From: Chloroflexota bacterium
GTDB lineage: Bacteria > Chloroflexota > Dehalococcoidia > UBA2979
Assembly: GCA_027593235.1 (NCBI GenBank)
Contig: JAQCIU010000012.1
Coordinates: 1-64,000 of the forward strand
Direction of reading: 5' to 3'
DNA: 64,000 nt
Position numbers and translations under genes: made by a program. The notes under the pieces are model-generated. The model was not told where the DNA came from. It saw nothing but the letters and a program-made list of their open reading frames with translations, and did not search any database. Positions 31,420-40,930 of the stretch are shown here, piece by piece (position 1 is the stretch's first letter; each line of letters begins with the position of its first letter).

Positions 31420-32352
31420 TCAGCCTGCGGGGGTGGCCTCCACCAGTTCCTTCACGGCGTCACCGGCGGCCTGCATCGCTGCCAGTTCGTTGTCCGAGAG
31501 GCCGATTTCGTAGACCTGCTGGATGCCGCCCGCGCCGAGGCGGAGGGGAGCGCCGACGTAGGCGTCGTTGATGCCGTACTCGCCCTGGAGGAAGGCACAC
31601 GCCGGGAGGATCCGCTGCTCGTCGAGCAGGATGGAATCGACCATCTCGATTGTTGCCGCGGCCGGGGCGACGAAGGCGCTACCGGTCTTGAGCAGGTCGA
31701 CGATCTCCGCGCCGCCGCGCATGGTGCGGGCGACGACGGCGTCGATCCGCTCCTGCGACATCAGCTTGTCGAGCGGAACTCCACCGACGGTGGCGTTGGA
31801 GACGATCGGGACCATCGTGGCCTCGGTGTGACCACCGAGCACCCAGGCGCTGACGTCCTTCACGGAGCTGCCGGTCTCCATCGAGATGAAGGTGCGGTAG
31901 CGACCGGTGTCGAGCATGCCGCCCTGGCCGACGACGCGCGTGCGGTCGAAGCCGCTGGCGTCGAGGGCGACGTGGCACATCGCGTCCATCGGGTTGGCGA
32001 AGATGACCAGCGTGGCGTCCGGCGAGTGCTGGACAGCGTTGCTGACCACGCTGCGGACGATGCCGGCGTTGGTGTTGAGCAGATCCTCGCGGGTCATACC
32101 CGGCTTGCGCGCGACGCCCGAGGTGACGACGATGACCTCGGAACCGGCGGTGTCGGCCCAGTTGTTCGTGCCGGTCACGGAGCCGCTGAAGCGGACCCAG
32201 GGGGCGGATTCGGAGATATCGAGCGCCTTGCCCTGGGGCAGGCCCTCGACGATGTCGACGAGCATGACGTCCGCGTAGCCGCGGGCGGCGAGGATCTGGG
32301 CCATGGTCGCGCCCGTGTTGCCCGCGCCAACGATGGTCACCTTCTTGCGCAT
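31420..32352 (-). CDS. mdh: Malate dehydrogenase (LDH-like)
   Basis: [36 protein letters not shown]. Alternative start at 32364. Confidence 0.94.
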   Translation of the reverse strand: MRKKVTIVGAGNTGATMAQILAARGYADVMLVDIVEGLPQGKALDISESAPWVRFSGSVTGTNNWADTAGSEVIVVTSGVARKPGMTREDLLNTNAGIVRSVVSNAVQHSPDATLVIFANPMDAMCHVALDASGFDRTRVVGQGGMLDTGRYRTFISMETGSSVKDVSAWVLGGHTEATMVPIVSNATVGGVPLDKLMSQERIDAVVARTMRGGAEIVDLLKTGSAFVAPAAATIEMVDSILLDEQRILPACAFLQGEYGINDAYVGAPLRLGAGGIQQVYEIGLSDNELAAMQAAGDAVKELVEATPAG

Positions 32353-32461
32353 GGTGATCGGCATCCCTTCGTTCGCTCCGTGAACTGTTGTCCGCGGAGC
32401 TGGTGTGTGGTTGGTGGCTGGGTGTCGCCCGGTACGTGCGAGCTGGTGGGCCCGCCGCCGG

Positions 32462-33676
32462 CTACTTCATCCGTGCCTGGAGTCCTTCATCGAGCTTCGC
32501 GAGGAACTCGTTGGTGGTGAGCCATTCTTGGCCCGGCCCAACGAGCAGCGCGAGGTCCTTGGTCATCGCGCCGCCCTCGACGGTGTCGACGCACACCGCT
32601 TCGAGGGTGTGCGCGAAAGTCGCGAGTGCATCGTTGCCGTCGAGCTTCGCACGGTGCGCGAGGCCGCGCGTCCACGCGAAGATCGAGGCGATCGGATTCG
32701 TCGAGGTCTCGAGCCCCTGCTGGTGCTGGCGGTAGTGGCGGGTGACCGTGCCGTGTGCGGCTTCCGCTTCAACGACGCTGCCGTCCGTGGTCATCAGGAC
32801 GGAGCTCATCAGGCCGAGCGAGCCGAAGCCCTGCGCGACGATGTCCGACTGGACGTCGCCGTCGTAGTTCTTGCACGCCCAGACGATGCCACCGTTCCAC
32901 TTCAGGACCTGGGCGACCATGTCGTCGATCAGCCGGTGCTCGTAGGTGATGCCGGCCGCTTCGAACTGGGTCTTGAACTCCGCGTCGAAGATCTCCTGGA
33001 AGAGGTCCATGAAGCGGCCGTCGTAGGCCTTCAGGATGGTGTTCTTCGTGGAGAGGTAGACCGGGTACTTGCGCTGCAGACCGTAGTTGAACGAGGAGCG
33101 GGCAAAGCCACGGATCGACTCGTCCAGGTTGTACATGCCCATCGCGATGCCGGGCTCGGCGAACTGCATGACCTCGTACTCGATCGGTGCTCCGCCGCCC
33201 TCGGGCTCGAAGCGCATGGTGAGCCGGCCGGCGCCGGGGACGAGGAAGTCGGTGGCGCGGTACTGGTCGCCGTGGGCGTGGCGCCCGATGACGATCGGTT
33301 TCTCCCAGTTGGAGACGATCTTCGGGATGTTCTTGCAGATGATCGGCTCGCGGAAGACGGTGCCGCCCAGGATGTTGCGGATGGTGCCGTTGGGCGACCG
33401 CCACATCTTCTTGAGGCCGAACTCCTCGACGCGGGCTTCGTCGGGGGTGATGGTGGCGCACTTCACACCAACGCCGTGGCGCTTGATCGCCTCGGCGGCA
33501 TCGATGGTGATCTGGTCGTCGGTGGCGTCGCGCGCCTCGATGCCGAGGTCGTAGTACTCAAGTTCGATGTCGAGGTAGGGGAGGATCAGGCGATCGCGGA
33601 TGAACCCCCAGATGATCCGTGTCATCTCGTCGCCGTCGAGTTCGACGACCGGGTTCTGAACCTTGATCTTCGCCAC
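32462..33676 (-). CDS. icd: NADP-dependent isocitrate dehydrogenase (eukaryote-like dimeric subfamily)
   Basis: [48 protein letters not shown]. Confidence 0.97.
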   Translation of the reverse strand: MAKIKVQNPVVELDGDEMTRIIWGFIRDRLILPYLDIELEYYDLGIEARDATDDQITIDAAEAIKRHGVGVKCATITPDEARVEEFGLKKMWRSPNGTIRNILGGTVFREPIICKNIPKIVSNWEKPIVIGRHAHGDQYRATDFLVPGAGRLTMRFEPEGGGAPIEYEVMQFAEPGIAMGMYNLDESIRGFARSSFNYGLQRKYPVYLSTKNTILKAYDGRFMDLFQEIFDAEFKTQFEAAGITYEHRLIDDMVAQVLKWNGGIVWACKNYDGDVQSDIVAQGFGSLGLMSSVLMTTDGSVVEAEAAHGTVTRHYRQHQQGLETSTNPIASIFAWTRGLAHRAKLDGNDALATFAHTLEAVCVDTVEGGAMTKDLALLVGPGQEWLTTNEFLAKLDEGLQARMK

Positions 33677-33838
33677 GGAAAGCCTTCCCACGTGACATGT
33701 CGAAGCGCGGCGGCCGTGAAACCCGCTGCGTGCTGGTACTGCTGAAGGGCGCGGAACCTGTGGAAGTATACGCGGTCGGTCGGCTACCCGCGCGGCGCAA
33801 CTGCCACGTCCGTGTTCACCCGCCGGGCAGCGAGGACG

Positions 33839-34783
33839 CTAGCTGGCCTGGGCGAGCGGCTCCGAAGCGTCGTAGGCGTCGCCGAACAGATGGGCCGCGA
33901 ATTCGAGGCTCGTGACCTGATCTTCGGTGAAGGCTCCCGGTCGATCGTAGTAGGCGACGAGGGCGCCCATGTTGGCGCTTCCGGGGCGGAAGCAGGGGGC
34001 AATGATGAGGGATCGCATCGGGTGCGGGAACTCCGCGACGACGTTCGCGCCGTAGATGTCCGTGTCCTGCACATCGCGATTGACGTGCGCGTTCGGCGCG
34101 CCCCAGCGGTCGCGCTGGGCGGTGGTGTAACGCCCGCGCCGCGGAAGCAGCGGGTTGCCGAAGCCGTGCACCAGTGGCAACGTTTCGTACTCGTCGCCCT
34201 CGCCGTCGCGGATTGCGAGGGCGATGTTCGCGCCGGGGATCAACGTGCTCAGGGGGCCCTCGAACGTGGCGGTGAGGGCATCGCGGGAGAGCGACTGTTG
34301 CTCGATCTGGCGGCTGAGCGCGAGCAGGGCGCCGCGCGCCGCGATCTCTCGCTTGCCGGCATCCACCTGCCCGATCAGGTCGGTCACGTCCGTGGCAACA
34401 GTGAGTACGCTCCAGCCCTCCGGACCGCGTTCCATCGGCAGGGTGCTCATCCTCAGCCAGATCTCGCGGTTGTCGTCGTCGGAGACGAGGCGGCGCAGGA
34501 CCTCGCGCTGTGCGGCGCCGGTGATCCGGGTGATCGCCGCGGGGTACTCGGAGCCGGGCAGCAGGCGGCCCTGTTCGTCGAAGACGCGCAGATTCCGCGG
34601 CTGGCTGGCGCCGGGGCTGGCGATGATGCCGGCACGATCACTCAGCACTTCGCTCAACTGAACGAAGTGACCCTCGGTGTCGCGGGTGAAGATGATCAGA
34701 CCGGAATCGAGGAGCGCTTCCAGCGCGCGGGCGATCGGATCGTCCGCACGTGACTCGCGGATCAGCGTGGTCAGCGACTGCAT
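33839..34783 (-). CDS. PAS + GAF domain protein with no output domain
   Basis: PAS/PAC-like segment (DEQGRLLP..YP..EIWLRMSTLP..TDVTD), then GAF-like end (RSLIIAP..GALVAY..AFTEDQV). Confidence 0.7.
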   Translation of the reverse strand: MQSLTTLIRESRADDPIARALEALLDSGLIIFTRDTEGHFVQLSEVLSDRAGIIASPGASQPRNLRVFDEQGRLLPGSEYPAAITRITGAAQREVLRRLVSDDDNREIWLRMSTLPMERGPEGWSVLTVATDVTDLIGQVDAGKREIAARGALLALSRQIEQQSLSRDALTATFEGPLSTLIPGANIALAIRDGEGDEYETLPLVHGFGNPLLPRRGRYTTAQRDRWGAPNAHVNRDVQDTDIYGANVVAEFPHPMRSLIIAPCFRPGSANMGALVAYYDRPGAFTEDQVTSLEFAAHLFGDAYDASEPLAQAS

Positions 34784-34873
34784 CGCTTCCTCCCGGTACA
34801 CCGAATCATCGGCACTGGGAAGGACGGTCGACAGCGGCTGATGAGCGCGCGCCGAGGCTCGAAACAGCCGCCG

Positions 34874-36412
34874 CTAGAGCGGGATGCTGCCGTGCTTCTT
34901 GGGCGGGACCACTTCCGATTTCTGGCGCAGCACCTTGAGGGCGCTCGCGACCTTGATCCGCGTGTCTCGCGGGTCGATCACGTCGTCGATGTAGCCCTTG
35001 GCCGCGGCGATGTATGGGTGCTCCAACTGCGCCTGGTACTCGGAAATCAGGCGTTGTCGCTCGGCATCGGGATCCTCCGCGGACTGGAGGTCGCGGCGGT
35101 TGATGATGTTGACGGCCTGGCTGCCCGCCATCACGGCGACGGCGGCACCCGCCCATGCGTAGTTCACGTCCGCGCCCAGGTGCTTCGAGCCCATCGCGTC
35201 GTAGGCGCCACCGAAGGCCTTGCGGAGAATGATCGTGACCTTCGGGACGGTGGCCTCCGCGTAGGCGTACACGAGCTTGGCGCCGTGGCTGATGATGCCG
35301 CCGTACTCCTGCGAAACGCCCGGGAGGAAGCCGGGGACGTCCACCAGTGTGACGATCGGGATGTTGAAGGCGTCGCAGAACCGCACGAATCGCGCGGCCT
35401 TACGCGACGAATCGATGTCCAACACACCCGCGAGGTAGAGCGGCTGGTTGGCGACGACGCCGACGGCGCGACCGCCGATGCGGGCGAAGCCGACCACGAT
35501 GTTCTGGGCGAAGAACTCGTGGACCTCCATGAAGTCACCGTTGTCGACGAGGCGCTCGATGATGTCGCGCACGTCGTAGGGGTTGGAGGCCTCGGAGGGG
35601 AGGATGTCCAGGACGTCCTCCATGCGGCGATCGGTCGGATCGCCGGTATCGACGGTGGGGACCTCGTCCATGTTGTTGCTGGGGAGGAAGGAGAGGAGCC
35701 GGCGCACTTCCTCCAGGGTTTCGGCTTCGCCCTTCACGGCGAAATGGGCGACTCCGGACTTGCTGGCGTGCGACTGCGCGCCGCCCAGTTCCTCCACGTC
35801 TGTGATCTCGCCGGTGACGCTGGCGATCACGTCCGGGCCAGTGAGGAACATCTGGGAGGTGCCTTCGACCATGAAGACGAAGTCGGTCAGGGCGGGCGAG
35901 TAGACGGCGCCACCGGCGCAGGGGCCGAGGATGACGCTGAGCTGTGGGATCACGCCCGAGGCGCGGACGTTGCGGTTGAAGATCGCGCCATAGCCGGCCA
36001 GCGAGCCGACGCCTTCCTGGATGCGGGCGCCGCCGGAGTCGTTGAGGCCGATCATCGGAATGCCGGTCTTGGTCGCGAGATCCATCGCCTTCGCGATCTT
36101 CTCGCCAACGACCTCGCCCAGCGACCCGCCGAAGACGGTGAAGTCCTGCGCGAAGACACCGACGCTGCGGCCATCGATCGTGCCCCAGCCGGTGACGACG
36201 GCGTCGCCGTGGAAGCGCTCGCCGCCGTTGTCGTCGTGAACCGCGAGGGCGTCGAGCTCCTCGAAGGAGCCGGGATCGAGGAGCGTGTCGATGCGCTCGC
36301 GCGCCGTGAGCTTGCCGCGTTCGTGCTGCGCATCGACGCGGTCCTGGCCGCCGCCGAGCAGCGCACGCTGCTTGAGCTGACTGAGGTATTCGAGGCTGTC
36401 TGCGATCGCCAT
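34874..36412 (-). CDS. Acyl-CoA carboxylase carboxyltransferase (beta) subunit, PccB/MmdA-like
   Basis: GKLTARERI, QDFTVFGGSLG, DSGGARIQEG, GPCAGGAVYSPA, DVPGFLPG, KKHGSIPL. Confidence 0.95.
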   Translation of the reverse strand: MAIADSLEYLSQLKQRALLGGGQDRVDAQHERGKLTARERIDTLLDPGSFEELDALAVHDDNGGERFHGDAVVTGWGTIDGRSVGVFAQDFTVFGGSLGEVVGEKIAKAMDLATKTGIPMIGLNDSGGARIQEGVGSLAGYGAIFNRNVRASGVIPQLSVILGPCAGGAVYSPALTDFVFMVEGTSQMFLTGPDVIASVTGEITDVEELGGAQSHASKSGVAHFAVKGEAETLEEVRRLLSFLPSNNMDEVPTVDTGDPTDRRMEDVLDILPSEASNPYDVRDIIERLVDNGDFMEVHEFFAQNIVVGFARIGGRAVGVVANQPLYLAGVLDIDSSRKAARFVRFCDAFNIPIVTLVDVPGFLPGVSQEYGGIISHGAKLVYAYAEATVPKVTIILRKAFGGAYDAMGSKHLGADVNYAWAGAAVAVMAGSQAVNIINRRDLQSAEDPDAERQRLISEYQAQLEHPYIAAAKGYIDDVIDPRDTRIKVASALKVLRQKSEVVPPKKHGSIPL

Positions 36413-36607
36413 CGTGCCTCCTGCCGTCTCGATGAGACGCGCGCCGTCACGAGCGAGATGGGCACCCGAAACGAGCGATTCTGAACCGGAAGTGTCGCGA
36501 GTATCCCTGAGTTCAGGGGCGGACGCTAGTTCTCTAACGCGGTTTGATTACGGACGGAGGGTGACGATCGATGGCCCGGCGAAACGACAGTGAATCGAGC
36601 GTCTGGG

Positions 36608-37168
36608 CTACGGCGCCGGGATCTGCAGTTCCTGGCCCACCTGAATGTCGGTGAGCTGGTCCACGGAGATGCCGTTCGCGGCCGCGAGCGCCTCAAGCGT
36701 GGTGTCGAACTCCAACGCGATGCCGAAGCCGGTGTCTCCCGGCTGGACGACGTAGGTCTGCACGCCGCCGCTGGGCCGCGGTGTGGGGGTGGCGCCGATT
36801 GGCGAGCCGGGCGCGCCGGGGATGATCAACTCCTGGCCGACGAAGATGTTGGCATCGTCGAGGCCATTCGCCTCCAACAACGCCTCGACGCTGGTGTCGT
36901 ATTGCTCGGCGATCAGCGAGAGCGAGTCGCCAGGAACGACGACGTAGATGGTGTCGGCTGCGACCTCACCGCCGGATCCGGCACCTGAACCATCGAGGAT
37001 GGTCGGCGCCGGAACGAGCGGAAGAGGCGACGCGGTAGGGATCGGGGTGCCCCCGTCGGGGCCGGGGGTGGCGGTGGGGTCGTCGGACCCGCCGCCACAG
37101 GCGGCGACGAGGACGATGAGGCTGACAGCGGCGCCGATCAGCGAGGGGCGGAGCGTGTGACGCGCCAT
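36608..37168 (-). CDS. Lipoprotein with two LysM domains
   Basis: Lipobox VAAC; YVVVPGDSLSLIA and YVVQPGDTGFGIA LysM repeats. Confidence 0.9.
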   Translation of the reverse strand: MARHTLRPSLIGAAVSLIVLVAACGGGSDDPTATPGPDGGTPIPTASPLPLVPAPTILDGSGAGSGGEVAADTIYVVVPGDSLSLIAEQYDTSVEALLEANGLDDANIFVGQELIIPGAPGSPIGATPTPRPSGGVQTYVVQPGDTGFGIALEFDTTLEALAAANGISVDQLTDIQVGQELQIPAP

Positions 37169-37267
37169 GCGGGCCTTTCTCGGGGAGCCGGGTTCGAGCG
37201 TACGTCACCGGTTGTTGAGAAGGCTAGCGACGACGCGTGCGAGCCGCCGCGGACGCGCGTCCGGCAG

Positions 37268-38644
37268 CTATCCGGAGGCGGTGATCGCGGCCTCGAGGGC
37301 GCGCGCGCCGGCCTCGAGCATCACTGCGAGGTCGTCCCGCGACACGTTGGCGACGTCATCACCGGCCGTGTGGACGCGCGGATCGTCGCCGCTGGTGATC
37401 GTGACCGCCGGAATGCCGCGATTGAGGAAGCTGACGTGATCGGAAGAGGCGAACGGGGGGAACTGACCGGCGCGAAGTGGCAGCCCCTCGAGGGCCGCGA
37501 GCAGCACGTCGGTGAGTGCGGCATCGCCGATCACGATCGGACCACCGAGGCGCCCTGCCTGATCGAAGTTGAGCATGAAGGCGCCGTCCGCGAGCGACTG
37601 GGTGGCGACGAACGCTTCCGACCCGAAGAGCCCGATCTCCTCCGAGCCGAAGGCGATCACGCAGAGACCGTCCGTGCGCTGGACGCGCGCGATCTCCAGC
37701 ATCAGCGCGGTGCCGGACGCGTTGTCGTTGGCACCGGGGCCCTGCGGCACGGAGTCGTAGTGCCCGCCGATGTAGAAGCGACAGACCGCGCCGGACCGTC
37801 CGACGACGTTCTGCGACTCGCCGCGGATATCGTCGATCGCGGCGCGGAGCGTCGCCTCAACGCCGGCCGCGGCGAGCGGGCGAAGCAGCGCGCCTTCGGC
37901 CTCGCTGATCGCGACCACGGGGACGGTGGCGGGCCGGGTGCCAAGCGCGCCCGAGAAGGCGCCCGGCTGGTTGTTCGCGATGATCACACCCAGCGCGCCG
38001 GCCAGCTCGGCGGTGCGCACCTTCTCGCCAAACGGGATGACACCACGGTCGAGCAGCAGGATCTTGCCGGCGACATCGATGCCGGCCAGATCCGCCGGCG
38101 CGCCGAGCGCGCCATAAACGAGGGCGCCCGTCGCCTCGGCGGTGGCGGACCCGGAGAACATGCGCGGGCGCACGGCAACATCGCTGCCAGTCACGGAGAC
38201 GGCAGAGGCGTCCACACGGGTAGCGATCGGGAACGGCTCGATCGCGGTCTCGTAGCCGGCGTCCTCCAGGACCGCGGCGATGTAGTCCGCGGCATCACGC
38301 TCCGCTGCTGTCCCCGCCGGCCGAGGGCCAATGTCACCCGCGAGCGCGACCACGTGCGCGAGCACGTTGTCGACGTCGACCGTGGTGCTGCTTGCCGCTG
38401 GGGTGGTGGATTCGGCTGCGCCCGTCGACGCCGTGGCAGCCGATGTGGCGGTCGCCGCCTCGGACGTCGCCGCGGTCGTTGCCTCGGTCGTTGGGCTGTC
38501 CTCGGGGTTCGGGGTGGCGCTGCTGCTGCTGGAGCAGGCGATGGCGAGGAGGGCGACGACCGCTAGGAAGCTGACGCCAAGCGCGCGGACACGCCCTCGG
38601 AGGCTTGCGCGGAACGGCAGTAGTTCGCTACGGCGCTGGGTCAC
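37268..38644 (-). CDS. M28 family aminopeptidase lipoprotein with PA domain
   Basis: AIAC lipobox, Ser/Thr/Ala linker, GGHYDSV, GANDNASG, EEIGLFGS, SDH, HTAGD. Confidence 0.9.
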   Translation of the reverse strand: MTQRRSELLPFRASLRGRVRALGVSFLAVVALLAIACSSSSSATPNPEDSPTTEATTAATSEAATATSAATASTGAAESTTPAASSTTVDVDNVLAHVVALAGDIGPRPAGTAAERDAADYIAAVLEDAGYETAIEPFPIATRVDASAVSVTGSDVAVRPRMFSGSATAEATGALVYGALGAPADLAGIDVAGKILLLDRGVIPFGEKVRTAELAGALGVIIANNQPGAFSGALGTRPATVPVVAISEAEGALLRPLAAAGVEATLRAAIDDIRGESQNVVGRSGAVCRFYIGGHYDSVPQGPGANDNASGTALMLEIARVQRTDGLCVIAFGSEEIGLFGSEAFVATQSLADGAFMLNFDQAGRLGGPIVIGDAALTDVLLAALEGLPLRAGQFPPFASSDHVSFLNRGIPAVTITSGDDPRVHTAGDDVANVSRDDLAVMLEAGARALEAAITASG

Positions 38645-38692
38645 GGAACGGCCTGTCCTGGTGGGAGCTGACCGAACGGAGAAGGTTGCTGC

Positions 38693-39133
38693 CTAGCGAC
38701 GGGTACGGCGCGTGTCCCACCAGCGGCGGATGCGGTCGACGGGGCTCGACTGCCGGTAACCCGGCTGGATGTCGCGGCCGCGCCAGCGTTGCTCCGCCTT
38801 GCCTGAGGAGGATCCACGGCTACCACGGGAGAAGACCATCAGCGTGAAGCTGGTGAGGAACAAGATGATGCCGGCGTAGAGCAGCCAGACAGTAAGCGGG
38901 CTGACGCGACGGAAGAAGAGCGCCACGAGGATCATCAGGAACGACGTGAGGAGCACCTGCGAGATCGAGACGCGACCGAGTTGAGAGGCGAACGCACGCT
39001 GGCGCTCGGCAATATTGCTGCCGAGCTGACGGAAGAATCGCTTGCGAGCGCGGGCGCGCCGTGATTCCGGCGTCGGGAAATGCTCGATCTTGTCGAGGAT
39101 TTCCTCGATCTCACGCTCGAGTCGGTCCGACAT
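38693..39133 (-). CDS. Hypothetical two-TM membrane protein
   Basis: MSDRLEREIEEIL N-terminus, two hydrophobic helices, basic C-terminal tail. TATACT -10 at 39181-39186 on the minus strand. Confidence 0.75.
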   Translation of the reverse strand: MSDRLEREIEEILDKIEHFPTPESRRARARKRFFRQLGSNIAERQRAFASQLGRVSISQVLLTSFLMILVALFFRRVSPLTVWLLYAGIILFLTSFTLMVFSRGSRGSSSGKAEQRWRGRDIQPGYRQSSPVDRIRRWWDTRRTRR

Positions 39134-39327
39134 ATGGTGTTCCGTCGTGTGCCGTGGTGGGCGGCGTTGGTTATGGAATCAGTATAGACCTCTCCAATCG
39201 GCCCGCGTGTTCGGGCTCACCCGCGCTCTTGCTCACGATCTGCGCCCGAATGCTCACACCGGTGACCTCGGCGACCGATCCGGGCACACCGGAGCAACTC
39301 CGCACGCGGCCGACAGCCGGCTCCGCG

Positions 39328-40920
39328 CTAGCTCGACGGACGCGGTGGCGGCCCCCAGCCGCCTCCGCCGGGCGTCTCGACGCGGACGCGGTCGCCTGGA
39401 GCGACATCCACCTCGGCGCGAGGACCGAGGTCCTCGGTCGATCCATCGGCGCGGATCAGGGTGTTGTGGCCGAGGGCGCCCGGTTCGCCGCCGGCGAGGC
39501 CCCAGGGGTGAAAGTGACGCCGTTCGCTGACGATCGAGACCGTGGCGTGGTCGTGGAAACGGTATTCGCGGGTCACGCCGTCGCCACCGGGGTGTTGGCC
39601 GTCGCCGCCGGTGCCGCGGCGTAGTTCGTAGCGCTCGACGGTGAATGGGTAGGCGAGCGGGAGCGCCTCGATCGGGGTGTTTAGCGTGTTCGTCATGTGT
39701 GTGTGGACGCCGGAGCGACCGACCCGCCTCGGCCCTCCGCCCGCGCCGCCGGCGATCGTCTCGTAGTAGGCGTACGGGCGCTGCCGCGCGCGGTCGTAGC
39801 CGCCGATCGTGATGTTGTTCATCGTGCCGGAGGAGGCGGCCGGGATGCGGTCCGGCACCGCCTGCGCGAGCGCTCCGAGGGCGACATCGGTGATGCGCTG
39901 GCTCGTCTCCACGTTGCCGGCGCTGACCGCGCGCGGCGGGCCGGCGGCGACGATGCTGCGCTCGGGCAGTGTGAAGCGGATCGGGCGGTAGCAGCCCTCG
40001 TTGCGTGGTGCGTCGGGACCGGCCAGACAGCGGATCGTGTAGTAGCAGGCCGAGCGCGTGACGGTGGCGACGGCGTTGACGGAGGCGTCCTCGGTCTCGG
40101 GGTCGCTGCCGGTGAAGTCGAAATGGGCCTCGTCGCCGGCGATTTCGAGGGTGACACGGATCGCGAGGCCGTTCGGCCCGACCTCCATGCGGTCCTCGAA
40201 GGGATAGCGCCCGTCGGGGATCGCGGCGATCACGGCGCGCACCACGCGCTCGCCGTGATCGAGCAAGGCAGCGAAGCGGTCGAGCAGGCCCGGCACGCTG
40301 AAGCGTGCGGCTGCGGCCTCGAGGCGGCGCGCGCCGACGGCGGTGGCCGCGAGTTGGGCGCGGAGGTCGCCTCGACGCTCATCGGGGGCGCGGGAGTTGC
40401 GGACGATCAGCGCGAACGCCGCCTCATTGCGCTTGCCGCCATCGACCAGGCGGATCGGCGGGATCACGAGGCCTTCCTGCAGCAGCTCGCGCGCGACCGG
40501 CATCGAGCCGGGCGCCATGCCGCCGATGTCGGCGTGGTGGGCACGCGTGGCGACGAAGCCGATCAGTGCGCCCTCGACGAAGACCGGCGACACCGTCGTG
40601 AGGTCGGGAAGGTGCGTACCACCGGCGAACGGGTCGTTTACGGCGAGGACGTCGCCGGGCTCGAACGGGGCCAGTCCCATCACGGCGCGGACGGCGGCCG
40701 GCATCGCGCCGAGGTGGACCGGCATGTGTGCGGCCTGCGCGACCATCTGACCCTCGGCGTCGAAGACGCCGCAGGAGAAGTCGCGCCGCTCTTTGATGTT
40801 GGGCGAGTAGGCGGTGCGTCCGAGCGCCTCGCCCATCTCCTCGGCGATCGAGGTGAGCACGGCGTCCGCGATCGCGAGGTCGGCGGCGCTCAGCTCGGTA
40901 CGCGACGGTCCGGTGGTCAC
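39328..40920 (-). CDS. Hydantoinase B/5-oxoprolinase family subunit
   Basis: [58 protein letters not shown] 40920 has a GAGGA RBS. Confidence 0.93.
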   Translation of the reverse strand: MTTGPSRTELSAADLAIADAVLTSIAEEMGEALGRTAYSPNIKERRDFSCGVFDAEGQMVAQAAHMPVHLGAMPAAVRAVMGLAPFEPGDVLAVNDPFAGGTHLPDLTTVSPVFVEGALIGFVATRAHHADIGGMAPGSMPVARELLQEGLVIPPIRLVDGGKRNEAAFALIVRNSRAPDERRGDLRAQLAATAVGARRLEAAAARFSVPGLLDRFAALLDHGERVVRAVIAAIPDGRYPFEDRMEVGPNGLAIRVTLEIAGDEAHFDFTGSDPETEDASVNAVATVTRSACYYTIRCLAGPDAPRNEGCYRPIRFTLPERSIVAAGPPRAVSAGNVETSQRITDVALGALAQAVPDRIPAASSGTMNNITIGGYDRARQRPYAYYETIAGGAGGGPRRVGRSGVHTHMTNTLNTPIEALPLAYPFTVERYELRRGTGGDGQHPGGDGVTREYRFHDHATVSIVSERRHFHPWGLAGGEPGALGHNTLIRADGSTEDLGPRAEVDVAPGDRVRVETPGGGGWGPPPRPSS

Positions 40921-40930
40921 AGTGTCTTCC

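Noticed and set aside
36506-36519. Palindrome CCCTGA-GT-TCAGGG upstream of the carboxyltransferase gene
   Set aside because: Single 6-bp-arm instance with no second copy seen; too weak to call an operator.
38390-38530. Ser/Thr/Ala low-complexity repeats in the M28 peptidase (similar linkers in other lipoproteins)
   Set aside because: Ordinary flexible linkers after lipoprotein signal peptides.
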